From a virus, in IMG/VR virus record IMGVR_UViG_3300022682_000016, positions 1 to 64,000 of that record: a stretch of 64,000 nt of DNA. One strand, given 5' to 3'. A program made the translations under genes and the position numbers. A model generated the notes under the pieces. That model was not told the origin of the DNA and did not search any database. It saw only the letters and a program-made list of their open reading frames with translations. Numbering within the stretch: the first letter of the stretch is position 1; each line of letters starts with the position of its first letter. Of this stretch, positions 25,999 through 36,690 are shown piece after piece.

Positions 25999-27120
25999 AT
26001 GGCTGAGAAAAAGAAAAATACAAAAAAGACTTCCAATACTAAAAAACCAGAAGAGTTATTACTGGCTAAGAAATTGGCTGCACAAGCCGGTATTATGAAA
26101 AAGTATGGTAGTTCAGAAATGTGTCCTGAAGGAGGTAGAGTAGCCTCCCAATTAAAAGCTATTGAGTCATATCCAACAGGACTGAGCATATTTGATAACG
26201 AAGTTCTGGGTATTGGCGGACTTCCTAAAGGACGTATCATAGAAGTGTATGGTATCAAAAGTTCAGGTAAGTCAGCACTAACCATGCATCTTGGTGCTGG
26301 AGTCCAGAGACAAGATCTGTCAGCAATTGTTAAACTTTATGACTTAGAAGACGCATGGACAGATACTTGGGGTGCTTCTATGGGTTTGGATTTGTATAGG
26401 ACGTTCCTTCCAGAGACTAAAGGTGCTGAAAATATGGCTGAACAAATACATGCTGATTTAGCCAGCGAGTTTCCTCCAGATGTTATAATCATAGATTCTA
26501 TAGCAGTTACACAGCCCACAAAGGTTCAGGAAAAAGAAATTAAAGACAGATCCATGAAAGACAATCTTGGCCGGTCAGACTTCCTAACAAAATTCTTTGA
26601 CGGATTGGTAGATGGATTCTATTATCCAAGCGCTGGAAAAGACGGTAAGCTTCCAAAAGGTTCTAAGTTTATGAAGCTTAAATATACACCTACTACAATA
26701 CTATGTGTTAATCATGCAAAACAACGGACAAAAGTAGCTGGTGGACGCACAATTACTGAATGGTATTCTGTAGGTGGAGTATCTTTAGATTTCCACGCAT
26801 CTATCCAGTTAATGGTTAGGAGAGCTGGTTTTGAAAAGACCGGTACAGTTATTACACATCAAAAAGTCAGTGTTTCTGCTGATAAAAATAAAGTAGCTCC
26901 CCCAAAAAAAAGTTGTGAGGTGCTGTTGTCCTTTAAAGGCGGTATGGAACAGGTAGGTATTATAAACTACTACGCTATGGCTGAGGATAAGGGTTTAGCC
27001 ACAAAGAACGGTGCTTGGATATCTTCTCACCTATTACCGGATGGGAAAATACAAGGTATTGAAAACTTTAATAAGTTTGTAGAAGAAAACGAAGATCTAA
27101 AAGATATCTTCACAAAATAG
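25999..27120 (+). CDS. recA: RecA/UvsX recombinase
   Basis: LGIGGLPKGRIIEVYG..SSGKS, IIDSIA, KNKVAPP. Confidence 0.92.
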   Translation: MAEKKKNTKKTSNTKKPEELLLAKKLAAQAGIMKKYGSSEMCPEGGRVASQLKAIESYPTGLSIFDNEVLGIGGLPKGRIIEVYGIKSSGKSALTMHLGAGVQRQDLSAIVKLYDLEDAWTDTWGASMGLDLYRTFLPETKGAENMAEQIHADLASEFPPDVIIIDSIAVTQPTKVQEKEIKDRSMKDNLGRSDFLTKFFDGLVDGFYYPSAGKDGKLPKGSKFMKLKYTPTTILCVNHAKQRTKVAGGRTITEWYSVGGVSLDFHASIQLMVRRAGFEKTGTVITHQKVSVSADKNKVAPPKKSCEVLLSFKGGMEQVGIINYYAMAEDKGLATKNGAWISSHLLPDGKIQGIENFNKFVEENEDLKDIFTK

Positions 27121-27129
27121 GTAATTTAT

Positions 27130-28560
27130 ATGAACCAAAGTATTACTAAAAAATTCAGACCTAAAAAGTTTTCTCAAGTAGTTGGTCAACGAGCAAGCAC
27201 GTCTCGTATCGTAGCAGCAATTGAGAAAGGTGTACTCCCTCCAGCATATCTATTCCCAGGTGTTCGTGGCTGCGGTAAGACAACCACTGCTCGCCTAGTA
27301 GCCATGTCTTTGAATTGTTCTAATAGAGAGGGTGTAGAGCCTTGCGGAACCTGTGTGGATTGTCAGGATATTATTAATGATCGATCCAATTATCTAATAG
27401 AATTGGATGGGGCCAGTAAAGGTGGAATTGATAATGTCCGATCACTGCAAGACTCTTTACGATATATAGTTCCTGACGGCCACTATAAGATCGTTGTTAT
27501 TGATGAGGCTCATGGGTTATCTACTCAAGCTTGGAACGCTACCTTAAAGATAATTGAGGAACCGCCTAAAAATGTGTTATTTATATTCTGCACCACAGAA
27601 ATTCAAAAAGTCATTGGTACTGTAAAAAGCAGATGTGTGTCTATCCAATTTCCCGGTGTAAACGACGATGTTATAAAAAATAATATTAAGGAAATATGTG
27701 CTTCAGAAAATGTGGATATAGAAGACAAAGCTATTGATCTTATTGCTAAAGAAGCTTTTGGAAGCATTCGTGATGCCCAGTCTATTTTAGAAGGCTTTAT
27801 CAGAATGGGCAGTATTACTGCTGAAACTGTAAAGACTGTCTACCAAACAATTGACCCCACAACTGTTATAACATACTTTAATAACATCTTGTCTAAGGAT
27901 ATTAAACAAGCATCGAACATGGCTAAGGGTTGGATGAGAATGGGAGTAGGTCCAGAGAATATTATTACAGCTTTATTGGAACATGTTAGAAACATGATAA
28001 TGGATTTTAAAGTAGAAGATAAAACTGTAAAAGGACTCTTAAAATCACAAAGGCAAAAGATTGGGGATGCCCAAGTAGTCTCTTGGATAAGCTTTTTCTA
28101 CGACCAACTTAAGTTTGTTAGAGAATATCCTATGGAGTACAGCTTAGTTTTGGATCTAATCACTATTAGACTTATAGATTCCTTAAGTAAAAAGAGTACA
28201 ACAAAAAGTACTCGTACAAGCTCTAAAAATGAATCTCCCAAAACCGAACTGAAAGAATCAGAAACTCCAAATTCCCCAAATATCCCAAGTCATGAAGAAG
28301 TTTCTGTAGAAGTTATTAATGATATCCCATTAGATAAAGAAAAGGTATTTAGCCTACAACGTGCCTGTGAAGGCATCATTATAGAAACATTACCCAATTT
28401 TAAACGCATGACTCTTAGGAACGGTAAAGGAACTGTGTTTGATATTGTATCAACTCCAGATTATGTTAAGAGTAACTATTATATTCTAGGATCTGATTTA
28501 GACAATGTTATAAATAATTACCCTGAAGGAATGAACACTTTTATAAAAATAAACACTTAA
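27130..28560 (+). CDS. dnaX: DNA polymerase III gamma/tau-like clamp loader
   Basis: KFRPKKFSQVVGQ, GVRGCGKTT, zinc cluster, IDEAH, EEPP, SRC. Confidence 0.92.
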   Translation: MNQSITKKFRPKKFSQVVGQRASTSRIVAAIEKGVLPPAYLFPGVRGCGKTTTARLVAMSLNCSNREGVEPCGTCVDCQDIINDRSNYLIELDGASKGGIDNVRSLQDSLRYIVPDGHYKIVVIDEAHGLSTQAWNATLKIIEEPPKNVLFIFCTTEIQKVIGTVKSRCVSIQFPGVNDDVIKNNIKEICASENVDIEDKAIDLIAKEAFGSIRDAQSILEGFIRMGSITAETVKTVYQTIDPTTVITYFNNILSKDIKQASNMAKGWMRMGVGPENIITALLEHVRNMIMDFKVEDKTVKGLLKSQRQKIGDAQVVSWISFFYDQLKFVREYPMEYSLVLDLITIRLIDSLSKKSTTKSTRTSSKNESPKTELKESETPNSPNIPSHEEVSVEVINDIPLDKEKVFSLQRACEGIIIETLPNFKRMTLRNGKGTVFDIVSTPDYVKSNYYILGSDLDNVINNYPEGMNTFIKINT

Positions 28561-28573
28561 GGAGAATTTAACC

Positions 28574-29737
28574 ATGGTCCGGATAAACGTACAAAAATCT
28601 GACTTGTCAGAAGCAGCTGTACTACTTTCTCAAGTAGCAAACCTAAAGTCTCTAGGCGCCCCTCCTTCAGAAAGTTCTAGTGTGTATCTAACACCAACTA
28701 CAATGATGTTGATGAATAACAATGAGGCTAACAGCATTGTTATTGAAAACATCCCTATTGAAGTTGTAGACGGTGATATTAACAACCATATTGACACTGC
28801 ATACATGATTAATACAAAAAAGTTTGCAAGTATTATCAAAGGCTCCAAATCAATAATTAATATCTTAGTTACTGAAGATAAAATTGCTATTGGAGAAGGT
28901 AGTCGAAGATTTGATTTATCTATCTTCTGCACAGCCAGAAAAGAACTTCCTGAAATTCAGTTCTTTGATTATTCAGTAGACATTTCTAAAGTAGTTAAAA
29001 ACCTTTCAGATGCAGACACGATCACGGCAAAATCATCCAACATTACAGAGTTGTCAGGAACATTGTTTACCGGAAACCATATGTATGCCAGTGATCGTAT
29101 CTCAGCACTTTTTGTTGAGAATGGGGGGCTATTTGAAGGTGCTCCAGAAGATCTTACCGATTTAGTAATATCTACAGATCTTTTCAGTACCTGTTTATCT
29201 AAAACTAAGGAAAAAGAAGCTTTGGTAGGTTTCACAAATGATCAGGAAAGAGTAGTTCTCCAATTCGGTAACGTCACAATTGCAAAGCGGTTAATAGCCT
29301 CAAAGTTTCCTAAAGAACAGATGGAAGTCGCAGTTAAAAATGTTAAAAAGGGTATAGAGAGTAATTCCTTATCAGCCACAATAAACATAAAAGACTTTAT
29401 GAATAAACTTAAAGAGATTCGGGAAATTGTGGAATCTGATGAATATTTTATTAAGATTCATAAAGAAAATTATATTGCTATTGAGAATAGTAATATAAAA
29501 AGTGGGGCGGATGGGCAAGTCATTATAGATGCCCAAGTAGTAATGGGTAATGAATTTGGGGAATTTATTGGTGGAAAGTTTGCGTTTGATCATTTAGATC
29601 TCTTTAGCAAATTGTTCTCATCAGAAAAAGAGGTTGTCTTATTCTCAGCACCTGGAAAAGTTGGTGGGGATATTATTCCACAATATTTAGCTGCTGAAGC
29701 AGGTGGAAAAATATTTTTCTGTACTCCTAGATCATAA
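28574..29737 (+). CDS. dnaN: Beta sliding clamp-like protein
   Basis: 387 aa, adjacent to dnaX, with ASDR and RLIASKFP resembling the DnaN ATD.HR and RLI.G.FP motifs. Confidence 0.65.
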   Translation: MVRINVQKSDLSEAAVLLSQVANLKSLGAPPSESSSVYLTPTTMMLMNNNEANSIVIENIPIEVVDGDINNHIDTAYMINTKKFASIIKGSKSIINILVTEDKIAIGEGSRRFDLSIFCTARKELPEIQFFDYSVDISKVVKNLSDADTITAKSSNITELSGTLFTGNHMYASDRISALFVENGGLFEGAPEDLTDLVISTDLFSTCLSKTKEKEALVGFTNDQERVVLQFGNVTIAKRLIASKFPKEQMEVAVKNVKKGIESNSLSATINIKDFMNKLKEIREIVESDEYFIKIHKENYIAIENSNIKSGADGQVIIDAQVVMGNEFGEFIGGKFAFDHLDLFSKLFSSEKEVVLFSAPGKVGGDIIPQYLAAEAGGKIFFCTPRS

Positions 29738-29767
29738 TTGATTAAGAAAGCTCTTTAATTTTATATA

Positions 29768-29833
29768 AAGGGTTGGGCAGATCAGTACTTAAGATATGTT
29801 GGGTTTCTTAATACATCTGCCCAATTCCTTTTT
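29768..29833 (+). terminator. Long hairpin with a U-tract between the clamp and polymerase genes
   Basis: TTGGGCAGAT/ATCTGCCCAA and TTAAGA/TCTTAA stems followed by TTTTT. Confidence 0.5.
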
Positions 29834-29867
29834 CAACTCACATTAATATACCCCACAGGAGAATTTA

Positions 29868-32405
29868 ATGGGTCATAATAACAAGCCTTTAGTAAATCCT
29901 AAAGGATGCACTTTATGTTCATTAAGAGACCGGCAACCAAATACTAAAATTGTTCCTGGGTATGGTAATCACAATGCGGATATAATGTTTGTATGCGAGG
30001 CTCCTGGAAGTTTAGAGGCCCAAATGGGTCTCCCCTTCGTAGGAAGATCTGGTGAAGTCTTAGACGAACTTTTAAATAATGTAGGCCTATCCAGAGAAAA
30101 TGTTTACATATCAAATGTTTGTAAATGTTGGCCTTGGGCAATATCAGTCAATAAACGTACAGGTGCGGAATCTTTTACTAACAGAACGCCCACAAATGAT
30201 GAGCTAAAGATTTGTTCCAGATACTTAAAGGAAGAGATAGCCCTTGTTAAACCAAAGATTATTATACCTTTGGGAAGTTCTGCCTTAACAGCTTTGGAAG
30301 GTAAAAAATCTAAAATATCTAATAGAGCCGGAATACCATCTATTTATAGCACTGGTGGGGAAAAAGTTACTAATCTTTATAAAAACAGTCTAAGAACCTA
30401 TATGATTCCTACCTACCATCCCTCATTCATTCTTCGTAATGGAGGTGTAAAATCTAGTGTTAGTAGTGAGATAACAGTAATAGCTTCCGAAGTAATTAGA
30501 CACCTTAAAAAAGCAAAAGAGTTATCTGAAAATAAGGAACTATTTGTTGAACACCAATACCGAGTAGTAGATACTAGAGAAAAGTTGGAAAAAGTTATAA
30601 GTATTATAAAATCCAGAAAAGTCATGTCCTTTGATATTGAAACTACTGGCTTAGAAATCAATGCTAAAATACTTGGTATTGGTATCGGTTTAGGTGTTGG
30701 AATCGCTTGTTATGTGCCTTTTCTAGTGCGGCCATTTATGGGAGATAGTTTAGTGTCTTTTTGGGATGATAAGGGTATCACAAAGGATGAAGTAGTAGAA
30801 CGCCTAAAAGATTTGTTTGGCGATACATCTATCCAAATGTCGGCTCATAATGCCAAATTTGATATGAGAGGTTTAGAAAAAGACTTGGGCATAGTCGTTA
30901 AGGGTCTTTTTTGGGATTCTATGTGCAGTGCTTATCTTATAAATGAAAATTCACCAAATGCTTTAGATATTCTTAAGAATCAATACATTGATTTATTAGG
31001 GTATTCAGATGCTTTTAAACGAGAAACGGATAATGGTAAGAATGCTTCAAAAGCATCTTTAAAAACTATTTCCAATTACTGTTGTGGAGACTGTGACGCA
31101 ACTTATAGATTAACAAAAGAGCATATTGAATTATTTAAAACAAAACCGAACTTAATGAATCTCATGATAAATTTCTATGTACCCATAATGGAGTTTATTA
31201 AAGATTTTGAATATGTAGGTGTCGAGTATAATGTAGAAAAAGCTAAAAGTATGCGGGAAGAGTATGAAAAAAAGTCTCAAAAGATGCTTGAAGATATTTA
31301 TAAACATGTTGGATGTAGGTTTAATCCCAGCTCTAATGATGAGTTACCAAAAGTACTGTTTAATATCTTAGGCTTAAAACATAGTAAGAAAACTGAATCG
31401 GGCAAACAGTCCACAGACTCTGCAGTACTTGAGGATTTATCTAAAGAGCATATTGTACCCAAATTGATTATAGATTATAGGCATTTTGAAAAGATGCGCT
31501 CAACATATATGGACAGCTTTATAAGAGTTGCTGACGAAAATAACCGACTGCATCTAGCTACAAGTCCTATTGGAACTATTACTGGAAGGCCTTCGAGTAA
31601 GGGTTTAATGAACATACCAAAAGAGTTAAAGATTAAGAGTCTGTTTCAACCAAGAAAAGGGTGCGCATTTGTTCAAGGCGATTTATCCCAAGCAGAGGTT
31701 AGGTGTTTTGCCCATTATGCAAATGAGGAGATACTGAGAGATGCGTATGAAAAAGGTACGGTAGATGTTCACTGCTTATTAGCTTCTGAAGCTAACAATA
31801 TCCCCTATGAAGAATTTATTCAAAGATACAATAATGGGGATAAAGACGTTGCTTTTATGAGGCAGGCAGCCAAATCGTTAGTTTTTGGAATCCTTTACGG
31901 AAGAGGTGCAAAATCTATCGCACTTCAGCTAGGAATAGAGGTCAATGAAGCAGAAGCATTTATGAAAAAGTTTTTTGACCGGTTTACTAATTGTGACGCT
32001 TGGATAAAGAATACTCATGAACTGGTACACAAAACTGGAGAAGTTATGAATATTTTCGGGCGTGTTCGACACATCCCCGGAATATTCTCCAACGACTCTA
32101 ACATAGTGGCCCGATCTGAAAGGCAGTCTGTAAACTCTATTATTCAGTCTACTGCTTCTGATATTACAATGTATTCACTTATAGAAATGCATGAATTCCT
32201 TAAAAAAGAGGACTTTGATGCCAATATCGTATTAACTGTTTATGACAGTATTATTGTTGAAACACCTCATGAACATGTAGATTTTATAAGTAATAAGCTT
32301 GTAGAAGTTATGGAAAGAAAGCGTCACCCAGATTTTAGTATCCGTATGAAGGCAGATGTTGATTTATACTCTGCTTGGGGTGTTCCATACAAAAACTCCG
32401 CTTAG
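29868..32405 (+). CDS. Family A DNA polymerase with N-terminal family-4 uracil-DNA glycosylase and 3'-5' exonuclease domains
   Basis: UDG: CTLC, EAPG, PFVGRSG, YHPS. Exonuclease: DIETTG, HNAKFD. Polymerase: DLSQAEVR, RQAAKSLVFGILYG, VYDS. Confidence 0.93.
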   Translation: MGHNNKPLVNPKGCTLCSLRDRQPNTKIVPGYGNHNADIMFVCEAPGSLEAQMGLPFVGRSGEVLDELLNNVGLSRENVYISNVCKCWPWAISVNKRTGAESFTNRTPTNDELKICSRYLKEEIALVKPKIIIPLGSSALTALEGKKSKISNRAGIPSIYSTGGEKVTNLYKNSLRTYMIPTYHPSFILRNGGVKSSVSSEITVIASEVIRHLKKAKELSENKELFVEHQYRVVDTREKLEKVISIIKSRKVMSFDIETTGLEINAKILGIGIGLGVGIACYVPFLVRPFMGDSLVSFWDDKGITKDEVVERLKDLFGDTSIQMSAHNAKFDMRGLEKDLGIVVKGLFWDSMCSAYLINENSPNALDILKNQYIDLLGYSDAFKRETDNGKNASKASLKTISNYCCGDCDATYRLTKEHIELFKTKPNLMNLMINFYVPIMEFIKDFEYVGVEYNVEKAKSMREEYEKKSQKMLEDIYKHVGCRFNPSSNDELPKVLFNILGLKHSKKTESGKQSTDSAVLEDLSKEHIVPKLIIDYRHFEKMRSTYMDSFIRVADENNRLHLATSPIGTITGRPSSKGLMNIPKELKIKSLFQPRKGCAFVQGDLSQAEVRCFAHYANEEILRDAYEKGTVDVHCLLASEANNIPYEEFIQRYNNGDKDVAFMRQAAKSLVFGILYGRGAKSIALQLGIEVNEAEAFMKKFFDRFTNCDAWIKNTHELVHKTGEVMNIFGRVRHIPGIFSNDSNIVARSERQSVNSIIQSTASDITMYSLIEMHEFLKKEDFDANIVLTVYDSIIVETPHEHVDFISNKLVEVMERKRHPDFSIRMKADVDLYSAWGVPYKNSA

Positions 32406-32452
32406 GAATGTTATATTGACAAGAATGTTTTTATTTTTTTATTTTTGTTTAC

Positions 32453-32665
32453 ATGGCTAAAGAAGATCTCATTAAACTAGAAGGTAAGGTTATTGAAACC
32501 AAACCAAACATGTTTGTTATCGAATTAGATAACGGGCATAAAGTCTTAGGAACGCTGTCTGGAAAGATGCGCATGAACTTTATAAAAATAGTTCCTGGCG
32601 ATACGGTTTGTGTAGAAGTGTCTCCATATGATCTTACCCGTGGTCGCATAACTTACCGAAAATAA
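32453..32665 (+). CDS. infA: Translation initiation factor IF-1
   Basis: [13 protein letters not shown]...[32 protein letters not shown]. Confidence 0.97.
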   Translation: MAKEDLIKLEGKVIETKPNMFVIELDNGHKVLGTLSGKMRMNFIKIVPGDTVCVEVSPYDLTRGRITYRK

Positions 32666-32690
32666 TTCTTCAACAAAGGATGAACTGACA

Positions 32691-33830
32691 ATGGCTGAAG
32701 AATCCAAAAAAGCACTGGTGGCTAGACTAGTTGCTATAGGAGACCCGCATCTGCGCAGAACTGACCCATTAGGGGTTGTGGGTCCGGATGGTCGTAATAC
32801 CCGTCTTAAAGACAAATTGTCCGCATTAAAAGGTATCATAGATTATTCCATAGCTAATAACGCTACTCACATAATCTTTTTAGGTGATATTTTCGATTCT
32901 ATTAACCCCCCGGACTGGTTAAAGAGATTGTTTTGGGAAACAGTTCTACCAGCCTACAAAAAGGGAATAAAGATACGAATAATTATCGGTAACCATGACC
33001 GAACAGAAAGTGATAATTACAACTTTGCTTCTGACAATGTTATCTTACCTGAGAATATCCTTATCATACCTCATGAATCAATGGTTGAAAATATTCCTTT
33101 ATCTGATAGAGACCAGCCTTTTACAATAAAATATATTCCATATAAGAATAAAGGCGAAATAGAAGAAGATCTTAAATCACCTACAGATGCTACATTCGGA
33201 CACTTTGAAATAGCCGGTGCGCAATTGGCACCAGACAATACAAAGATTCGTCACGGTATCGATGCTAAGGCTGTTCAGAGTAGACTTACTTGGTTAGGTC
33301 ACATTCATAAATTTCAAGAGTTTAGACCGGGATTCGCATTTATAGGTTCAACAGTTAAATGTGATTTTGGAGAAGTAAATAATCAAAAAGTTTTTGGGAA
33401 GTTGGATGTATTTTCTAATGGACAGATGAAACTCCAATATAATGAAATACCTCAAAGACCTATGTATCAATACGAAATCCATGAAGATGATCCAGATAAT
33501 CTTTATATATCTGAACGAATACCTAAAGAGCTTACAGAAGAAGGTATTCTAATAAAATTTATATTTGTTGGGTCTCCTCAATGGATAAAATCTATAAACA
33601 AGGCAAAGTTTACTAAGCGGTTTAAAAACGCTGTACGAGTAGTCACCAGTGACCGTAGATTAGATGTTGATCGGGTTGATACTGGTTTGGAGCACTCCTC
33701 AACAAAGATGGAAGACCGAGTACATATGTATGTTAAAGAGAAGAAAAAAGGAAAAGAATACCTTACCTCTGGTCTTGAAATTGTTAAAATTGCCCAAGAA
33801 TTAGCTGAGGAGTCCGAAAATGAGGCTTAA
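32691..33830 (+). CDS. sbcD: SbcD/Mre11 nuclease
   Basis: GDPH, LGDIFD, GNHD, GHIH metallophosphoesterase motifs. Confidence 0.9.
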   Translation: MAEESKKALVARLVAIGDPHLRRTDPLGVVGPDGRNTRLKDKLSALKGIIDYSIANNATHIIFLGDIFDSINPPDWLKRLFWETVLPAYKKGIKIRIIIGNHDRTESDNYNFASDNVILPENILIIPHESMVENIPLSDRDQPFTIKYIPYKNKGEIEEDLKSPTDATFGHFEIAGAQLAPDNTKIRHGIDAKAVQSRLTWLGHIHKFQEFRPGFAFIGSTVKCDFGEVNNQKVFGKLDVFSNGQMKLQYNEIPQRPMYQYEIHEDDPDNLYISERIPKELTEEGILIKFIFVGSPQWIKSINKAKFTKRFKNAVRVVTSDRRLDVDRVDTGLEHSSTKMEDRVHMYVKEKKKGKEYLTSGLEIVKIAQELAEESENEA

Positions 33831-36003
33831 AAATTTAGTCATAAATAACTTATACAGTTTTGGGGAAGGGGTTCTCTTCACATTTGTTTATAATGAAGAA
33901 AACTCAAAGACTCTTATTGTTGGTCAAAACAATGACGAATCAGGTGCAGACAGTAATGGTGCTGGAAAATCAAACACACTTAACGTTATTTTCTGGACCA
34001 TAATTGGGGAAGTTTTCCAAAAAGAAAATGCTGATGACATTATACGTCGAGGAAAAAAGTCAGGGTCTGCAAAGTTAACCCTATTGGATGATAATGGTAA
34101 GGAATTGGTCATTGAGCGTGGACGTGGGAAAGGTACTAAAAAATTTCTGAAGTTGTCCTATAATGGAGATAACAGAACATGTGATACAGACACCGCAACT
34201 CAGGCAGAACTTTTTAAACTTCTAAACATATCCCCAACATTAAAGGTATCTGAAGTCATCAACGACTTTGTAAATACTTGTTATTTCAGTTCCGACACTG
34301 TGAAAGGATTCATGGCTAAGGAAGTAAAATCTAAGCAAAGATTTGAAATTATTGAGCGGTACCTTGGTCTGAAAAGATACTCCTATGCTTCTGAAGATGC
34401 TAAGAAAAAAAAGTCAGAAATACTTGCTAAGATAAATCCAATATTGGAAGATATTGCCCATAAACAAGAGTTCCTGACTAACAATCCTACAGCTGACTTG
34501 GAACAGCAAATTATTGAAAAAGAGTCAGAAAAATCTAAACTAACCTCTGAGCTTGATTCGGTAACTAAGATGTTGGACAGTGTTCGGCAAAGGACGGAAC
34601 TTGAAACATTACTAGCTTCTAAGAACACCTTATTAGATACTACACGTTCCGGATTTGTCAGCCAGCTTCAAAATATGAAGAATGAAGTGGCCACATACGA
34701 TGCTAATATTCAACAAGCTAATGAAGCTGTCGAAACGTACAATAAAGAAAAAGAGGTTCTGGATAAAGCCGTAATAGCTATTACAGATGTAAAAATCAAT
34801 CAGCAAGCAATAAATACTGAAATTTCTAATATAAACTCTGAAGTTATGAAGCTCAATTCCACTATTGGTGGATTAAATAACAATATACATAACATTAAAG
34901 GACAGCTTGCCAATCATTATACCTGTCCAAAATGTAAATCAGCATTAATGTTAACTAACGATAAATTAGAAAATGTGGATGTTGATGCGTTGGCAAAGCA
35001 GTTAGTGGATTTAGAGAATAAAAGACTACAAATTTCAAACACTATTAAAGAACATCAGGAAAAGGTCCAGAACCTTACCCAACAGTCTAATGATCTTAAT
35101 AACCAAATACAAAAAGTTTCTCACCAAGAAGCCGCATTTAAAAATTTACCCACACCTGACCAGTTAAAAACTGTTATTGATAATAACAATTTTAATAAAG
35201 ACGAGGCTGTTACGAAGTATAACAATACAGTAACCCATGCAGAAACTACAGTTGGTGCCTTAAAAAAGGAAATTGAGGATCTCACTGTAAAAGTAGATGC
35301 TTTAGGTAAGTCTGAAATGGGTGTCCCGGCAGTGACTGCCCAATCAGAAAAATTAAAGGGGGATATAAATACTATTCTTACAGATACTGGAAGGCTTACT
35401 GAACGTATTACCCACATTAATAAAACCTCTGAGGAGATTGAAAAGCTACAAAAGAACGTCTCCAAAAATAAAGCACTTGCAGACATGTATGGTTTCTGGG
35501 AAATTGGCTTTAGACAGATAAAGATGAATATCATAGATGAGTTCTTACCAGATTTTGAAGCTAAGGTGAATGACTATTTAGAACGTCTCAAAGTTAATAT
35601 GAGTGTAGAGTTCGGAACACAGAAACGAAAAGCAAATGTCAGCAAAAAGGACATTGCTGAGGGCCGAGAGTTTAAAGAGGAATTTAATGTCACTGTTTAT
35701 CGTGGAGAAGAACTGCTGCCCTTCGGACTGTTATCTAAGGGACAACGTAGTCGAGTAGGATCTTGTGTAGGTATGGCACTTAGAGAAATGACAAAGGAAC
35801 GAGGAAACAATCTATTCGACTTTTTCTTCTTAGATGAAATTGCAGATGCTTTAGATGAGAGTGGTCTTAGAGAATTGGTATCACTACTTGATGAAGTTCC
35901 TGGACAGAAATTGGTTATAAGTCATAATGAAGGGCTTAAAAACCTTATAGAAGATACTCTGACTGTCGAAATGACTAACGGTATCTCTACTGTTCAAAAC
36001 TAA
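33820..36003 (+). CDS. sbcC: SbcC/Rad50 ATPase
   Basis: NGAGKS, coiled coil with a CPKC zinc hook, LSKGQ, FLDE, ISH. Confidence 0.92.
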   Translation: MRLKNLVINNLYSFGEGVLFTFVYNEENSKTLIVGQNNDESGADSNGAGKSNTLNVIFWTIIGEVFQKENADDIIRRGKKSGSAKLTLLDDNGKELVIERGRGKGTKKFLKLSYNGDNRTCDTDTATQAELFKLLNISPTLKVSEVINDFVNTCYFSSDTVKGFMAKEVKSKQRFEIIERYLGLKRYSYASEDAKKKKSEILAKINPILEDIAHKQEFLTNNPTADLEQQIIEKESEKSKLTSELDSVTKMLDSVRQRTELETLLASKNTLLDTTRSGFVSQLQNMKNEVATYDANIQQANEAVETYNKEKEVLDKAVIAITDVKINQQAINTEISNINSEVMKLNSTIGGLNNNIHNIKGQLANHYTCPKCKSALMLTNDKLENVDVDALAKQLVDLENKRLQISNTIKEHQEKVQNLTQQSNDLNNQIQKVSHQEAAFKNLPTPDQLKTVIDNNNFNKDEAVTKYNNTVTHAETTVGALKKEIEDLTVKVDALGKSEMGVPAVTAQSEKLKGDINTILTDTGRLTERITHINKTSEEIEKLQKNVSKNKALADMYGFWEIGFRQIKMNIIDEFLPDFEAKVNDYLERLKVNMSVEFGTQKRKANVSKKDIAEGREFKEEFNVTVYRGEELLPFGLLSKGQRSRVGSCVGMALREMTKERGNNLFDFFFLDEIADALDESGLRELVSLLDEVPGQKLVISHNEGLKNLIEDTLTVEMTNGISTVQN

Positions 36004-36023
36004 GCTATTTTTGGGATTAAAAA

Positions 36024-36377
36024 ATGACCAATACCCGTTTAAGTACTCAGCAAATAACCGATATACTTATGTTGGTCAGTTCCCAAAATGGTGATGAAGT
36101 GATATCTTATATTAATAAAATACTAAGCAAGGCCAGTACCGGTTTAGACACCTGCGCCAGACCATTAGCTATTCGTAGTAAAGATGATCAAAAACATGAG
36201 TGTTTTGCTGTAGGCTATTTAGAAAAGATACACGAATTTATCTGTGAAACCGATAAACGCTGTTCAAAAGAAGACACTATTAAAAAAACTATTGAATATA
36301 TAAATAAGCTGATCATTGAGATAGGCGCTTTCTTTACGGTACTTAAAGGCGGGTTTAGTGAACATTCACGAAGATAA
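36024..36377 (+). CDS. Hypothetical protein
   Basis: ORF within the operon. Confidence 0.55.
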   Translation: MTNTRLSTQQITDILMLVSSQNGDEVISYINKILSKASTGLDTCARPLAIRSKDDQKHECFAVGYLEKIHEFICETDKRCSKEDTIKKTIEYINKLIIEIGAFFTVLKGGFSEHSRR

Positions 36378-36690
36378 AAACGCTACTAGGTACACAATCC
36401 TCTTTGATAAGAAGTTGTATACAGCTATCAGGTCACAAGCTACTATTGAAAATCTAAAAGGGTACCAATATATAAATAAGGTATTAGCAGAAGCTTTGGG
36501 CAGGGATGTTCCAGAGTATATGATGCCCAAACATAATCGTAATAAAAAAGAAACCAAAACAAAGATCCATGATAAAGAACCTGTACAAAAGACAGATGAA
36601 AAGACGGATGATCGGAAAGAAGCAGAAATAGACCAAAATGAAAGATTACAAAAGAACTATTTAGTACTTGGTGAAGAACAAATATTATGA
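36358..36690 (+). CDS. Ribbon-helix-helix-like DNA-binding protein
   Basis: RYTILFDKKLYTAIR...YINKVLAEAL; resembles 38822-39118. Confidence 0.5.
   Translation: MNIHEDKNATRYTILFDKKLYTAIRSQATIENLKGYQYINKVLAEALGRDVPEYMMPKHNRNKKETKTKIHDKEPVQKTDEKTDDRKEAEIDQNERLQKNYLVLGEEQIL

Noticed and set aside
18938-27132. Amber recoding or read-through (in-frame TAG then ATG at dnaC/dnaB and recA/dnaX)
   Set aside because: Conserved genes are full length in the standard code. Other TAG-ended genes are out of frame with their neighbours, and TAG often just overlaps the next SD.
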